A stretch of DNA of 57,356 bases from an uncultured SAR86 cluster bacterium (GCA_902556355.1 CACDVW010000004.1:1-57356); one strand, 5' to 3'; shown: positions 27,702 to 38,452, numbered from the stretch's first letter. Made by a program: numbers and translations. The notes: generated from the letters alone by a model not told the origin.

Positions 27702-27924
27702 GGAGGGATGGCAGAGTCTGGTTTATTGTAACGGTCTTGAAATGTTCCCTTAGGTCTTTTACTACTCATTAACACTATTTAAAACGGCATTAATATAACC
27801 TTTTAAAAAAGAGTAATATTTCTTGAAAAGCAGTAAAGAAATAAAAATCCCACAAAAATCCCACAATTACCTTAATAGGATCAGACTGACTCTAGGAAAA
27901 GAGGGAGCTTGCGAATAACCCATT
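27702..27924 (+). repeat. attL-like repeat, copy 2
   Basis: Identical to 21774-21996 (offset 5928 bp). Confidence 0.95.
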
Positions 27925-27964
27925 ATGGATCGTTAAGAAGAACCTATACCTAAATTAATTAAAA

Positions 27965-28219
27965 CTAACCATAACGTATCTTATAAACTAATATAAATAG
28001 TGATAATGAAAAACTTATACTATTTGAAAAAATTAACGGATAAGACACAATTAAAATACCATAAATAAGCCAAAGCAATACACCTAAAGTTGTAACAAAA
28101 AAAGTAAAAAACGATATATCTGATGTTGATTTAGATTTATATATTTTTACAGCTTGAGGTAAAAATGCAAAAGTAGTAAAACATGCAGCCGCAAAACCAA
28201 TTAATTCGATATAATTCAT
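27965..28219 (-). CDS. SemiSWEET (PQ-loop) sugar transporter
   Basis: IGFAAACFTTFAFLPQ, DIS, LWLIYG, PLIFSN; three TMs, 84 aa. Confidence 0.93.
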   Translation of the reverse strand: MNYIELIGFAAACFTTFAFLPQAVKIYKSKSTSDISFFTFFVTTLGVLLWLIYGILIVSYPLIFSNSISFSLSLFILVYKIRYG

Positions 28220-28221
28220 TT

Positions 28222-29118
28222 TTAATAAGTATTCCTGACATGCATTCTGTATTTACTAGGACTAATATTTTTAGCTTTTAAAAAAGCTCTATGAAAAGTG
28301 CTATGTGAGTCAAACCCACAATCTTCACTAATCACAGATAAAGTTTTTTGAGTGCTAATCATTTGCCTACATGCCTCTTCAACTCTATATTTATTAAGGT
28401 ACTCATTAAAACCAATATTCATGGTTTGTTTAAACCATCTGCTAAATGCAGCTGGTACCATAAAAGTTTGATTTGCCATATCCTCTAGGTTTATTGAATT
28501 TTGATAATTTTCTTGAATATATTTAATTACAGTGTTAAGTCTATCATGTGCTAAATGATCATTTTTACTAAAAGATGGGTTTCTTAAATATTTTATTGAA
28601 GACAATCTTTCAACTCTTTGCATCCAGTGATCTTGCGATATATTTTTAAATAATTCTAATAATGTTAAAAGTTTATTTAATGGATTCATGTCAATATTTT
28701 CTAAGAAATGTGTTAATGATTCTGAGTAAAAATTTTCAATATAGATACCTCTATTAGACAAATTTATTATTTTTAACACTTCATCAAGTTCTTCAAAGTG
28801 ATGATTTGATTCTAGTAATTCAGGTTTAATCTGAATTAGAAGAAGTTCAGCTTGTTTAATACTGCCTTCGACATGAAGATCATGAGGTAGATTATTACCA
28901 AATATAAAAAAATCACCTGGTTTAAAATTGCCTAAATAGTCACCAACTTGGCATGCACCGGACCCATTAATTATATAAATTATTTCAAGTTCTGGATGAT
29001 AGTGCCAGTATGCTGGTTTCTTTGGTAGTACCTGATGCTCTAAGTAAATCGAAGATTTATCTAAATTTGCTGCTGGTTTTACTTCTAAAAAAGGAATCAT
29101 ATTTCTAATTTTAAACAA
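28222..29118 (-). CDS. AraC-family regulator with cupin sensor
   Basis: WHYHPELEI, NLPH; C-terminal FSRWFK, CGFDS.STFHRAF, SPSKYR. Confidence 0.93.
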   Translation of the reverse strand: MFKIRNMIPFLEVKPAANLDKSSIYLEHQVLPKKPAYWHYHPELEIIYIINGSGACQVGDYLGNFKPGDFFIFGNNLPHDLHVEGSIKQAELLLIQIKPELLESNHHFEELDEVLKIINLSNRGIYIENFYSESLTHFLENIDMNPLNKLLTLLELFKNISQDHWMQRVERLSSIKYLRNPSFSKNDHLAHDRLNTVIKYIQENYQNSINLEDMANQTFMVPAAFSRWFKQTMNIGFNEYLNKYRVEEACRQMISTQKTLSVISEDCGFDSHSTFHRAFLKAKNISPSKYRMHVRNTY

Positions 29119-29243
29119 TTTTTTACATAAAAATATACTCTAATGTTAAAAAATGATAGTTTTCTGTAAAAAATTAGTCAATTATTTACACATATTTATA
29201 TTAGTATATTGTCAATTATTCTTTCAATAGGGGGACTTTAATC

Positions 29244-32012
29244 ATGAATAATATACATAAATTTCTAATTTTACCTATTTTTGTAATATCAGTAGGCAGT
29301 ATTTTTGCTCAAGATTTAGAAGATTCTGAATCAGAAACGGCTGATGATATAGATGAGATTGTTGTTACTGGTTTTAGAGCTAGTATTGAATCATCTATTG
29401 CTTCAAAAAAGGATTCTACATCTATAACTGAGGTTGTAACAGCAGAGGATATTGGTAAATTACCCGATGTTTCTATTGCTGAATCAATAGCTCGTCTACC
29501 AGGATTAACAGCTCAAAGACTTAATGGTAGGGGTCAGGTTATTTCTGTTAGAGGTTTGTCACCTGATTTTACTACAGCATTGCTTAACGGAAGAGAACAA
29601 GTAACCGCTGGAAATAATAGAGGCGTAGAGTTTGATCAATATCCTTCTGAGTTAATACAAAGAGTAGTAATTTACAAAACTCCAGACGCTGCACTTATTG
29701 GAGGCGGACTCGCTGGTACCGCTGATATGCAAACAATTAGACCTTTAAGTCTAGATGAAAGAAAAATTACGATTAATGGACACTATATAAAAAATGATAT
29801 TGGGGCCCTAAATGCAGGTAGTGAAGACACTGGTGATAGACTGTCTTTTTCATACATTGATCAATTAACAGATACAGTTGGAATCGCATTTGGTATTGCC
29901 ACAATGCAGAATCCGACACAAGCAAACAGATTCAATGCTTGGGGTTATCCAAATATAAACGAGGAAGGTCTTCCATTTGGTGGAACAGATACTCTATTAG
30001 TTGGCGGACTTAAACCATATGTGATGTCAAACAATCTTGAAAGAACAGGAAGTGTTTTTATTTTAGAAATGCAGCCTGATGATACCACCTCACACGTCTT
30101 AGACATATATTCTTCAAAATTTGAGGAAGATCAGTTAATTAGAGGAATAGAATTTCCTTTAGCATGGGGGTGGTGGCCATGGCCAACTTATTCAAATGGT
30201 ACCCAACTTCAATCAGGATATACCGTTGAAAATAATTTAGTCACCAGTGGTACTTTTGAAAGAGTTAAAGGCGTAATAAGAAATGATTTAAATACAAGAG
30301 ATTCTGATGTTTTTGCTATGGGTTGGAATTCTGAATGGTTGATTGGCGATAGTTGGACTGCTAATTTTGACTATTCAAAAACAAAAGTAGAAAGAACTGA
30401 TTTAATTCTTGAAGTAAATTTTGGTACCTCTAACGGTGGTGCAAATGGACCTTTTGATACCATGAGTTTTGTAACAGATTCGAATGGAACAAGATTTACT
30501 AATTATCAATTAAATTATGCAGATCCAAATGCAGTATTTTTAACATCTGCTCAGGGTTGGGGTAATACTGGCGTTGCAGGCTCATTAAGAGAGTTCGGTC
30601 AGGTTGGTTATTATAACAGTCCGTCAACTGATGATGATCTAGATGCTATCAGACAGTCTTTCAGTAAAGATATTTCTTTCGGAATTTTTAACAGAGTTGA
30701 GTTAGGCATTAATGCTACATCAAGATCTAAAACATACATTGTTGATGAATATTTCTTAGCTCCAAGAGATGGAGCAAAGGAAATACCAATTCCTTCAAAC
30801 TTAATAGTAGGATCAACAAACCTAGACTTCCTTGGAATTACTGGAGGTATGTTGAGTGTTGATCCCCTAGCGATGTTAAATTCTGGCTTAATTATTAAAG
30901 AACCTAATACTGATGATGATGTTGCAATTAAAAATTGGGCTATAGATGAAGATGTGATGACTTTATATGCAATGCTTGATATTGATACTGAATTTAATGG
31001 TATACCAGTAACTGGTAACCTTGGTGTTCAATATGTTGATACTGAGCAAAGTTCTAATGGTATCGCTATAACAGACGATGAGCAATTATCTACAACTACT
31101 TCAGGTAAAGCTTCATACAATGATATTTTCCCTAGCTTAAATTTAATCTTTGAAATGGAAAATCAAAACTATCTAAGATTTGCAGTAGCTAAATCTCAAG
31201 CTAGACCAAGAATGGATCAAATGAATGCGACTATTAGTTTTGGTTATAATGATGCGGCAGCTGGAATATCTGATCCTGAAGATGGTCCATGGTCTGGAGG
31301 TGGTGGTAATGTTTATCTCGAGCCTTGGACCGCTACTCAAATTGACCTAAGTTATGAAAAATACTTTGATAATGCTGGCTACATAGCTTTAGCATATTTT
31401 GTTAAAGATTTAGATAACTATATATATACCCAAAGAGAGCTGTATGATTTCAGTGGATTCCCTGTAAGAAATAACATTGAGCCTGCTACAAGACAAGGTT
31501 ATGTATATACTCCACAAAATGGAGAAGGTGGAGAGATTTCTGGTCTAGAATTTACTGCCTCTGTACCTCTTGATATGGTTTCAGATACTCTTGATGGATT
31601 TGGTTTAATCTTTACAGCATCAAAAAATGACAGTGAAATAGAGCCAAATGGACCTGGTACAAAGTCTGAATTACCTGGTTTATCTGAAGATATTTACAAC
31701 CTTACAATCTATTATGAAAAAAATGGTATCGAAGCAAGAATATCTGATAGATATAGATCTGAATTCCTTGGAGAGGTCGCGGGCTTTGGAGCAGGAAGGG
31801 ACTTTACTATGGTTGAAGAAGAGAATGTTGTAGACGCACAAATTGGCTATAACTTTGACGATGGAGGTCTTGAAGGGTTAAGTGTGTTTTTACAAATACA
31901 AAACTTAACAGATCAAGAGTTTGTTACTTTTTATAATAATGACCCAAGACAAGTTAGAGATTACCAGAACTATGGTAAGACCTTCTTACTTGGTTTTAAT
32001 TATAAATTGTAA
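29244..32012 (+). CDS. TonB-dependent receptor, maltodextrin (MalA-like) type
   Basis: DEIVVTGFRAS, AEDIGKLPDVSIAESIARLPG, VEFDQYPSEL; adjacent to GH97/GH13 genes. Substrate is inferred from context. Confidence 0.92.
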   Translation: MNNIHKFLILPIFVISVGSIFAQDLEDSESETADDIDEIVVTGFRASIESSIASKKDSTSITEVVTAEDIGKLPDVSIAESIARLPGLTAQRLNGRGQVISVRGLSPDFTTALLNGREQVTAGNNRGVEFDQYPSELIQRVVIYKTPDAALIGGGLAGTADMQTIRPLSLDERKITINGHYIKNDIGALNAGSEDTGDRLSFSYIDQLTDTVGIAFGIATMQNPTQANRFNAWGYPNINEEGLPFGGTDTLLVGGLKPYVMSNNLERTGSVFILEMQPDDTTSHVLDIYSSKFEEDQLIRGIEFPLAWGWWPWPTYSNGTQLQSGYTVENNLVTSGTFERVKGVIRNDLNTRDSDVFAMGWNSEWLIGDSWTANFDYSKTKVERTDLILEVNFGTSNGGANGPFDTMSFVTDSNGTRFTNYQLNYADPNAVFLTSAQGWGNTGVAGSLREFGQVGYYNSPSTDDDLDAIRQSFSKDISFGIFNRVELGINATSRSKTYIVDEYFLAPRDGAKEIPIPSNLIVGSTNLDFLGITGGMLSVDPLAMLNSGLIIKEPNTDDDVAIKNWAIDEDVMTLYAMLDIDTEFNGIPVTGNLGVQYVDTEQSSNGIAITDDEQLSTTTSGKASYNDIFPSLNLIFEMENQNYLRFAVAKSQARPRMDQMNATISFGYNDAAAGISDPEDGPWSGGGGNVYLEPWTATQIDLSYEKYFDNAGYIALAYFVKDLDNYIYTQRELYDFSGFPVRNNIEPATRQGYVYTPQNGEGGEISGLEFTASVPLDMVSDTLDGFGLIFTASKNDSEIEPNGPGTKSELPGLSEDIYNLTIYYEKNGIEARISDRYRSEFLGEVAGFGAGRDFTMVEEENVVDAQIGYNFDDGGLEGLSVFLQIQNLTDQEFVTFYNNDPRQVRDYQNYGKTFLLGFNYKL

Positions 32013-32092
32013 ATTTGAAATAACCCTGTAAAAATTAACGAAGTTATAGATTATTTTAAATGTACATATGTTGATCACATAAAAAAAAGATC

Positions 32093-32118
32093 ACACCGGT
32101 CGTGAGAGCGGCCGGTGT
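32093..32118 (+). promoter_or_regulatory. GC-rich stem-loop just before the GH97 RBS
   Basis: ACACCGGTCG-TGAGAG-CGGCCGGTGT; no downstream T tract; TAAGGA follows. Confidence 0.6.
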
Positions 32119-32137
32119 CCCCTAAGGAAAATTACAT

Positions 32138-34183
32138 ATGACAAATTTATTAAGAAATTTTGCCATCTTGATGGTTATAATGTCTTGCTCTGCAAACAAT
32201 AATTCGTTTGACATAACCTCACCTGATGAAAGGATTAAATTATCAATTTTTCAAGACAATAAGAACTCTCTACATTATTTAATAAGCTTTAATAATGAAA
32301 TAATTCTTGATGCATCAAATCTTGGTATTGAGTTTACCAATATTCCAGATTTTAAAAATAATTTAAAAATAGTTTCCATTAAAAGAAACTCCAATGATTA
32401 CACTTGGGAACAGCCTTGGGGTGAAAATAGATTTATAAATGATATTCATAATGAATTAGCCATTCTTGTTAAAGATAAACTTAACAGAGAAGTAATATTT
32501 AGAATTAAGGCTTTCAATGATGGAATTGGTTTTAGATATGAGTTTAATAAAGGGTTTGATGGTAAATCTGTTATAGAAAATGAGCTTACAAGTTTTAATA
32601 TTGCCAATGCTAAAGATGATAGTGTTTGGTGGCTTGAGGCCTATAAAAAAGACAGATACGAATATAGATATAATCAAAGCTCTTTATCAGAAGTATCTGT
32701 TTCACACACTCCATTAACCTATATTACATCTAACGGCACTCACATAAGTTTGCATGAAGCTGCATTATTAGATTATTCAAGTTATGTTATAAGAAATGGT
32801 GGTACAAATAATTTAGAACTAGAACTCGTTCCTGCTTATGATGGAACAAAATCAACTCATTATGGCAATTTCATTACACCATGGAGAACAATCCAGATTT
32901 CAGATACCGCAAAGGGATTAATAGATTCATCATTAATCCTAAACCTAAACGAGCCTAATAAATTAGAGAACACGGATTGGATTAAAACTGGAAAATATAT
33001 GGGTATCTGGTGGGGTATGCATATAGGTGAAAATACATGGTCAACTGGCCCAAATCTTGGTGCATCAACAGCTGAAGCTATTAGGTATATTGATTTTATT
33101 GCTGAAAATAATATAGATGGGTTGCTTATAGAGGGTTGGAATATTGGTTGGGATGGTAATTGGATTGAAAATGGACCAATTTTTAAATTTAACAAACCTC
33201 AACCATTTTTTGATATGGATAAAGTTTCATCCCATGCAAAAAAAATGGGAGTTTCTTTAATAATGCATAATGAAACTTCTGGTCATGTTCCTAATTATGA
33301 ATTACAAATGGACGATGCTTATGACTACCTTGAAAAACATGGAGTCCACCACCTAAAAACTGGCTATGTTGGTTTTTCTAATGGCTACCCTTTTAATGGT
33401 ATAGAAAAAGCTCGACCCAATGAATCAGGTGATTTAGTTTATGAATGGAATCATGGTCAAAGGATGATAAATCACTACACAAAATCAATAATTGAATCAG
33501 CTAAAAGAAAAATAGCATTGAATGTCCATGAGCCAATTAAGCCAACAGGCCTAAGAAGAACTTACCCAAATATGATGACTAGGGAGGGAGTAAGAGGTCA
33601 GGAGTATAATGCATGGTCTGATGGTAATGATCCTCAGCATACAACAATACTTCCTTTTACAAGAATGCTAGCAGGTCCTCTAGATTTTACACCAGGAGTC
33701 TTTGATGTTTGGTTTAAAGGAGAGGATGACTCATCTAGAATTAGAACCACTGTCGCAAAACAACTAGCTTTAATGGTTGTTTTATACAGTCCTCTTCAGA
33801 TGGCTGCAGATTTACCAAGAAACTATTTAAAAAGAATGGATGTATTCAAATTTATTAAAGATCTTGGAACCGATTGGGAAAAATCTATTACACTTGATGG
33901 GAAAATAGGTGATTATATTGTTATAGCGCGTGAAGAGAAACACACTGGTAGCTGGTTTATTGGAGGAATTACAGATGAAAATCAAAGATCATATGATTTA
34001 GATTTTTCATTTCTTCCTGAAGGAAACTTCCAAGCTACCATATATTCAGATGGAGATAATGCCAACTGGGAATATAATCCATTTCCAGTAAATATTTCTG
34101 GACAATCAGTTAACAGCAATTCAAAAATAACTATAGATATGGCTTCAGGTGGTGGTTTTGCAATAAGCCTGATTAAGGAATAA
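32138..34183 (+). CDS. GH97 alpha-glucosidase (SusB-like), probable lipoprotein
   Basis: Lipobox-like MSC; HEAAL, TPWRTI, GIWWGMH, EGWNIGW, MHNET, HEPIKPTG, REGVRGQEY, GPLDFTPG. Confidence 0.95.
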   Translation: MTNLLRNFAILMVIMSCSANNNSFDITSPDERIKLSIFQDNKNSLHYLISFNNEIILDASNLGIEFTNIPDFKNNLKIVSIKRNSNDYTWEQPWGENRFINDIHNELAILVKDKLNREVIFRIKAFNDGIGFRYEFNKGFDGKSVIENELTSFNIANAKDDSVWWLEAYKKDRYEYRYNQSSLSEVSVSHTPLTYITSNGTHISLHEAALLDYSSYVIRNGGTNNLELELVPAYDGTKSTHYGNFITPWRTIQISDTAKGLIDSSLILNLNEPNKLENTDWIKTGKYMGIWWGMHIGENTWSTGPNLGASTAEAIRYIDFIAENNIDGLLIEGWNIGWDGNWIENGPIFKFNKPQPFFDMDKVSSHAKKMGVSLIMHNETSGHVPNYELQMDDAYDYLEKHGVHHLKTGYVGFSNGYPFNGIEKARPNESGDLVYEWNHGQRMINHYTKSIIESAKRKIALNVHEPIKPTGLRRTYPNMMTREGVRGQEYNAWSDGNDPQHTTILPFTRMLAGPLDFTPGVFDVWFKGEDDSSRIRTTVAKQLALMVVLYSPLQMAADLPRNYLKRMDVFKFIKDLGTDWEKSITLDGKIGDYIVIAREEKHTGSWFIGGITDENQRSYDLDFSFLPEGNFQATIYSDGDNANWEYNPFPVNISGQSVNSNSKITIDMASGGGFAISLIKE

Positions 34184-34198
34184 GACCTTAGATTGTTT

Positions 34199-35890
34199 AT
34201 GTTAAGAGCTATATATTCTTATCTTCTTTTAATTATCTTAACATTTGATATAAATGGAAGACCAAACGAAGAAGAAATTTTATATTTTGTTTTACCTGAT
34301 AGATTTTCTAATGGAAATATCCATAATGATAGAGGTTTTTACAGTGGTACTATCAAAGACCATGGATTCGATCCAACAAATAAAGGCTATTACCATGGCG
34401 GTGATATCGAAGGATTATCAAACAAACTTCCATATATTAAAAAATTGGGCGTGACTGCTATTTGGCTCGCGCCTATTTATAAAAATAAAGTACTTCAGGG
34501 CCCACCTCATGATGACTCAACTGGCTATCATGGTTATTGGACAACTGATTTTTATCAGGTTGATCCCCATTTCGGTACCAATGAAGAATTTAAAAATTTT
34601 GTCACAAAAGCTCATAATATTGGTTTAAAAGTCTATTTAGATACAATAATTAATCATACTGCTGACATTATAAAAATTGAGCAATGTCAGACACTTGAAG
34701 AGCCATATAAATATTGCCCTTATCAATATTTTGCTGATTCTTTAGAGGGTGATAATAATCGATATAGACCAATAATTTTTCCTAATGAACCTGTAAAAAA
34801 TCCGCCAGAACTTAATGATCCAATTTTATATAATAATCGAGGCGATTCTAATTGGTATGGAGAAGGTTCTGTTTATGGTGATTTTAGTGGTCTAGATGAT
34901 CTTGATACTACAAATCCGAAAGTTCTAAAACTGATGTTAGAAATACATAAGTTTTGGATAAGTGAATTTGGAATTGATGGATTCAGAATTGACACTGTTA
35001 AACATGTTAACGATAGTTTTTGGCATCAATTTCTTCCTGAAATATATCAATTTGCTGAATCAATTGGTAAGAAAAACTTTTATATTTTTGGTGAATCGGC
35101 TTATCCAGAGGTAGAACTTCTAGCTTCATATCAAAAGAGATCTGGTTTTACTCATTTGCTAGACTTTCCTTTTTCAAGATCTTCTATAGATTATCTAACC
35201 GAAAAGATTTCTGGACACGAGTTTCAAAATATTTTTGCTGCAGACAATGTTTACAAAGGAGGAGAAAAAACCGTACGTCAGTTTCCAACATTCATCAGCA
35301 ACCATGACCATGGTCGTATAGGACACTTTTTATATAAAGAAGATTCCTTTTCACAAAAAGTCATTGAACAAAAAACAATTCTAGCAAATGTTCTCTTATT
35401 TACTGTAAGGGGTGTACCAACTATCTATTATGGTGATGAACAGGGTTTTGTAGGAGATGGTTGGGATAAAGATGCAAGAGAGGATATGTTTCCCTCAAAA
35501 GTCTTATCCTATGTAGATAACCCAACTATTCTTGGACCTTCTTCTGAAGAAGATAATTTTAATGAACAACATCCCTTATATTTAACTATTTCAAAGCTTA
35601 GTGAGTTACGAAAATCATCAACTGCTTTAAAATATGGATCGCAAAAAACTGTTTTTGCCTCTAGTAATTCAGGTCTTTATATATTTAAACGTTCTTCTAA
35701 AAACCAAACAGTCTTAATTGGTCTTAACAACTCTTCTGAAAAATGGAAAGGTAATTTACTAATTGAAACTAATTTTTCTGAAATTGAAGATTGGCACGGA
35801 GTATGTAGTAACAAATGGGATTCAAAAAGCAAAACTCTTAAAAACTTAGATATTAATTCTTATGAATATTTTATATGTATTTTTGAATAA
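34199..35890 (+). CDS. GH13 alpha-amylase family glycosidase
   Basis: DRFSNG, GGDIEG, GYHGYW, INHT, DGFRIDTVKH (nucleophile), FGE (acid/base), FISNHD. Confidence 0.95.
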   Translation: MLRAIYSYLLLIILTFDINGRPNEEEILYFVLPDRFSNGNIHNDRGFYSGTIKDHGFDPTNKGYYHGGDIEGLSNKLPYIKKLGVTAIWLAPIYKNKVLQGPPHDDSTGYHGYWTTDFYQVDPHFGTNEEFKNFVTKAHNIGLKVYLDTIINHTADIIKIEQCQTLEEPYKYCPYQYFADSLEGDNNRYRPIIFPNEPVKNPPELNDPILYNNRGDSNWYGEGSVYGDFSGLDDLDTTNPKVLKLMLEIHKFWISEFGIDGFRIDTVKHVNDSFWHQFLPEIYQFAESIGKKNFYIFGESAYPEVELLASYQKRSGFTHLLDFPFSRSSIDYLTEKISGHEFQNIFAADNVYKGGEKTVRQFPTFISNHDHGRIGHFLYKEDSFSQKVIEQKTILANVLLFTVRGVPTIYYGDEQGFVGDGWDKDAREDMFPSKVLSYVDNPTILGPSSEEDNFNEQHPLYLTISKLSELRKSSTALKYGSQKTVFASSNSGLYIFKRSSKNQTVLIGLNNSSEKWKGNLLIETNFSEIEDWHGVCSNKWDSKSKTLKNLDINSYEYFICIFE

Positions 35891-36752
35891 AAGGCTTAGC
35901 ATAATTATTTTTATAGCAATATTTTCTACAGATATATCTGGTCTCAATATTTCAGCAGGACAAATCTCGTCATATAGCATTGACTCACAATATATAGGTA
36001 GTAGGAAGTTTTATATCTTTATTCCAGAAGGAGTAACTCCATCCAATGCTACTAAGGTTATCTATATGCATGATGGTCAAATGCTTTTTGATAAAGATAT
36101 TACTTGGAACAATCAAGAATGGATGGTTGATGAAGTGAGTAATAGAATTGTTGCTGAAAACGGCTTTAATTTTATCGTTGTGGGCATTATGAATGCAGGA
36201 TATAAAAAAAGATGGTTTGAATATTTTCCAGAAAAAGCTCTTACTACTTATCAAAAAAAAAGCATGGATCAAGAATTTACTTCTGATGAATATTTAAATT
36301 TTTTGACCATTGAGCTGAAACCTTTTTTATTTAACATTATGAAAATCTCACATGACTCCAATAATCATTTTTTAATGGGATCTAGTATGGGTGCATTAAT
36401 ATCAATGTATGGGGTTATTGAAAAGCAAGATGAATTTGGAGGTTTTGCTGCAATTTCAACACATTGGCCTGGTGCTATTAATGAAGATAAAAATGCTTTT
36501 GACCAATCAATTCAGGATTATTTAAATAAAAATTTTCTTAGACTTCATAATAAAAGAATATATTTTGATCATGGGACTGAAGCTCTAGATGCACATTATG
36601 ATAAGTATCAAAAAGAAGTTGATAGAATATTTTCAACAGAACTTCAAAAGCATAATATGTTTCAATCAAAAAAATTTATTGGTGCATCTCATGATGAAAA
36701 TTCATGGTCTCAAAGGTTACATATTCCATTAAAGTTCTTGCTTGATGACTAA
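35862..36752 (+). CDS. Putative esterase (alpha/beta hydrolase)
   Basis: YMHDGQMLFD, GSSMG, YFDHG, HDENSW. Confidence 0.88.
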   Translation: MNILYVFLNKRLSIIIFIAIFSTDISGLNISAGQISSYSIDSQYIGSRKFYIFIPEGVTPSNATKVIYMHDGQMLFDKDITWNNQEWMVDEVSNRIVAENGFNFIVVGIMNAGYKKRWFEYFPEKALTTYQKKSMDQEFTSDEYLNFLTIELKPFLFNIMKISHDSNNHFLMGSSMGALISMYGVIEKQDEFGGFAAISTHWPGAINEDKNAFDQSIQDYLNKNFLRLHNKRIYFDHGTEALDAHYDKYQKEVDRIFSTELQKHNMFQSKKFIGASHDENSWSQRLHIPLKFLLDD

Positions 36753-36791
36753 ACTTTTATCAACTTATGTATTTAATAACTGGAGTAAAGG

Positions 36792-38360
36792 ATGATTTTT
36801 AACACATTAGATTGGATTATTGTAGGTCTTTATTGTATTGGTATTATCTCTCTCGCAACATATGTTTCAAGAACATCCATAGGCAAAGAAAGGACTGCAG
36901 AGGATTATTTTTTAGCAGGTCGCTCTCTTCCATGGTGGGCTATTGGTGCATCTTTAATAGCAGCAAATATTTCAGCTGAACAAATCATTGGTATGTCCGG
37001 ACAAGGCTTTGTAGTTGGAATGGCAATTGCAGTTTGGGAACTAACTGCAGCCGTTGCTTTAATAATAGTAGCTAAATTCTTTATTCCTTTATTCTTAGAA
37101 AAAAAGATTTATACAATGCCTCAGTTTTTAGAGGAAAGATTTGATAGAAGAGTAAGTCTAACCTTATCTTTATTTTGGCTAACTTTATATATTTTTATTA
37201 ATTTAACAACAGTCTTATGGCTTGGTTCATTAGCTATAAATACTCTGACAGGCTTATCTTTAATAAATGGTCTAATCTTATTAGCACTATTATCGCTTGC
37301 ATACTCTTTGTCTGGAGGTCTTAAGGCTGTTGCAATGACTGACATTGTCCAAGTTGTTCTTTTGATATTTGGAGGTCTCGCAGTTTCTTATATTGCATTG
37401 AATACAATCTCTAATGATGCAGGTGTTCTTAGTGGTTTAACTATTGTTTACCAAGAACTACCAGAAAAATTTGATATGATTCTTTCGCCAGATAATCCTT
37501 CATATGAAAATCTTCCTGGCATATGGATATTACTTGGTGCCGGGGTTTGGATTGGCCACATTTCTTATTGGGGATTTAGTCAGTACATAACCCAAAGAGC
37601 ACTTGCAGCAAAATCAGTTAATGAAGCACAGAAAGGCGTTATGTTTGCCGCCTATCTAAAACTATTAATGCCTTTTGTTATAGTTCTTCCTGGCATATGC
37701 GCCGCAATACTTTTTGCTGATATCGAGAAATCTGATCAAGCATACCCAACCATGATGTCTTTACTTCCTAATGGATTATTGGGTTTAACTTTTGCAGCTC
37801 TTATAGCTGCAATCGTTTCATCCCTAGCCTCTATGACAAATAGTATAAGCACTATTTTTACCATGGATATATATAGAAAATTTTCTAGAAATAATATTTC
37901 AGAATCTAAGTTAATTAGTATTGGCAGAAATACAGTTATCTTTTCATTATTAATAGCTGTAATAGTTGCAAAACCTTTACTAGGAAGCGTTGAGTCTATT
38001 TTTCAGCATATTCAAAACTTTACTGGATATTTCACACCAGGAATAGTTGTAATATTTTTAGTTGCGTTGTTTTGGAATAAAGCTACAACTCTGTCTACAT
38101 TGGTAGCAGCAATATCTTCTTTAATATTATCAATAGTGTTAAGTTTTGTTTATCCTGAATTACCATTCATACATAGAATGGGGATAGTTTTCTTTATCTC
38201 TGGATTTGCATGTTACATGACAGCCTTAATTCAAGGATATCAAGTACAGGCTAAGGCTATTGATTTAAAAGGAATAGATTTTAGAACCTCAAAATCTTTT
38301 AATATAAATACTTTTGTTATAGTTTTTATACTTGTGCTCATTTATACAACTTTAGGATAG
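36792..38360 (+). CDS. Sodium/sugar symporter (SSS, SGLT-like)
   Basis: DYFLAGRSLPWW, ANISAEQ, TMPQFLEERF, GGLKAVA.TD, QYITQRALAA. Confidence 0.95.
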   Translation: MIFNTLDWIIVGLYCIGIISLATYVSRTSIGKERTAEDYFLAGRSLPWWAIGASLIAANISAEQIIGMSGQGFVVGMAIAVWELTAAVALIIVAKFFIPLFLEKKIYTMPQFLEERFDRRVSLTLSLFWLTLYIFINLTTVLWLGSLAINTLTGLSLINGLILLALLSLAYSLSGGLKAVAMTDIVQVVLLIFGGLAVSYIALNTISNDAGVLSGLTIVYQELPEKFDMILSPDNPSYENLPGIWILLGAGVWIGHISYWGFSQYITQRALAAKSVNEAQKGVMFAAYLKLLMPFVIVLPGICAAILFADIEKSDQAYPTMMSLLPNGLLGLTFAALIAAIVSSLASMTNSISTIFTMDIYRKFSRNNISESKLISIGRNTVIFSLLIAVIVAKPLLGSVESIFQHIQNFTGYFTPGIVVIFLVALFWNKATTLSTLVAAISSLILSIVLSFVYPELPFIHRMGIVFFISGFACYMTALIQGYQVQAKAIDLKGIDFRTSKSFNINTFVIVFILVLIYTTLG

Positions 38361-38452
38361 TTATCTATAAATACTTTTGTAGATAGTGAGAATGACTTTC
38401 AGAACTTTTCTGTAACAGTTGATGAGATTATTAAGTTTTTAATAAATTAGAA

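Noticed and set aside
21774-27742. Two extra tRNA-Ser genes at 21774 and 27702
   Set aside because: Only 41 nt match; the 3' anticodon strand, variable arm, T arm and CCA are missing. They are att fragments.
21774-27924. Treating module 1 as an IS or composite transposon, or the 223-bp repeat as an assembly artefact
   Set aside because: There is no transposase or terminal inverted repeat. Both copies have distinct but related flanks in the same register, which a simple artefactual duplication would not produce. Long reads are still needed for certainty.
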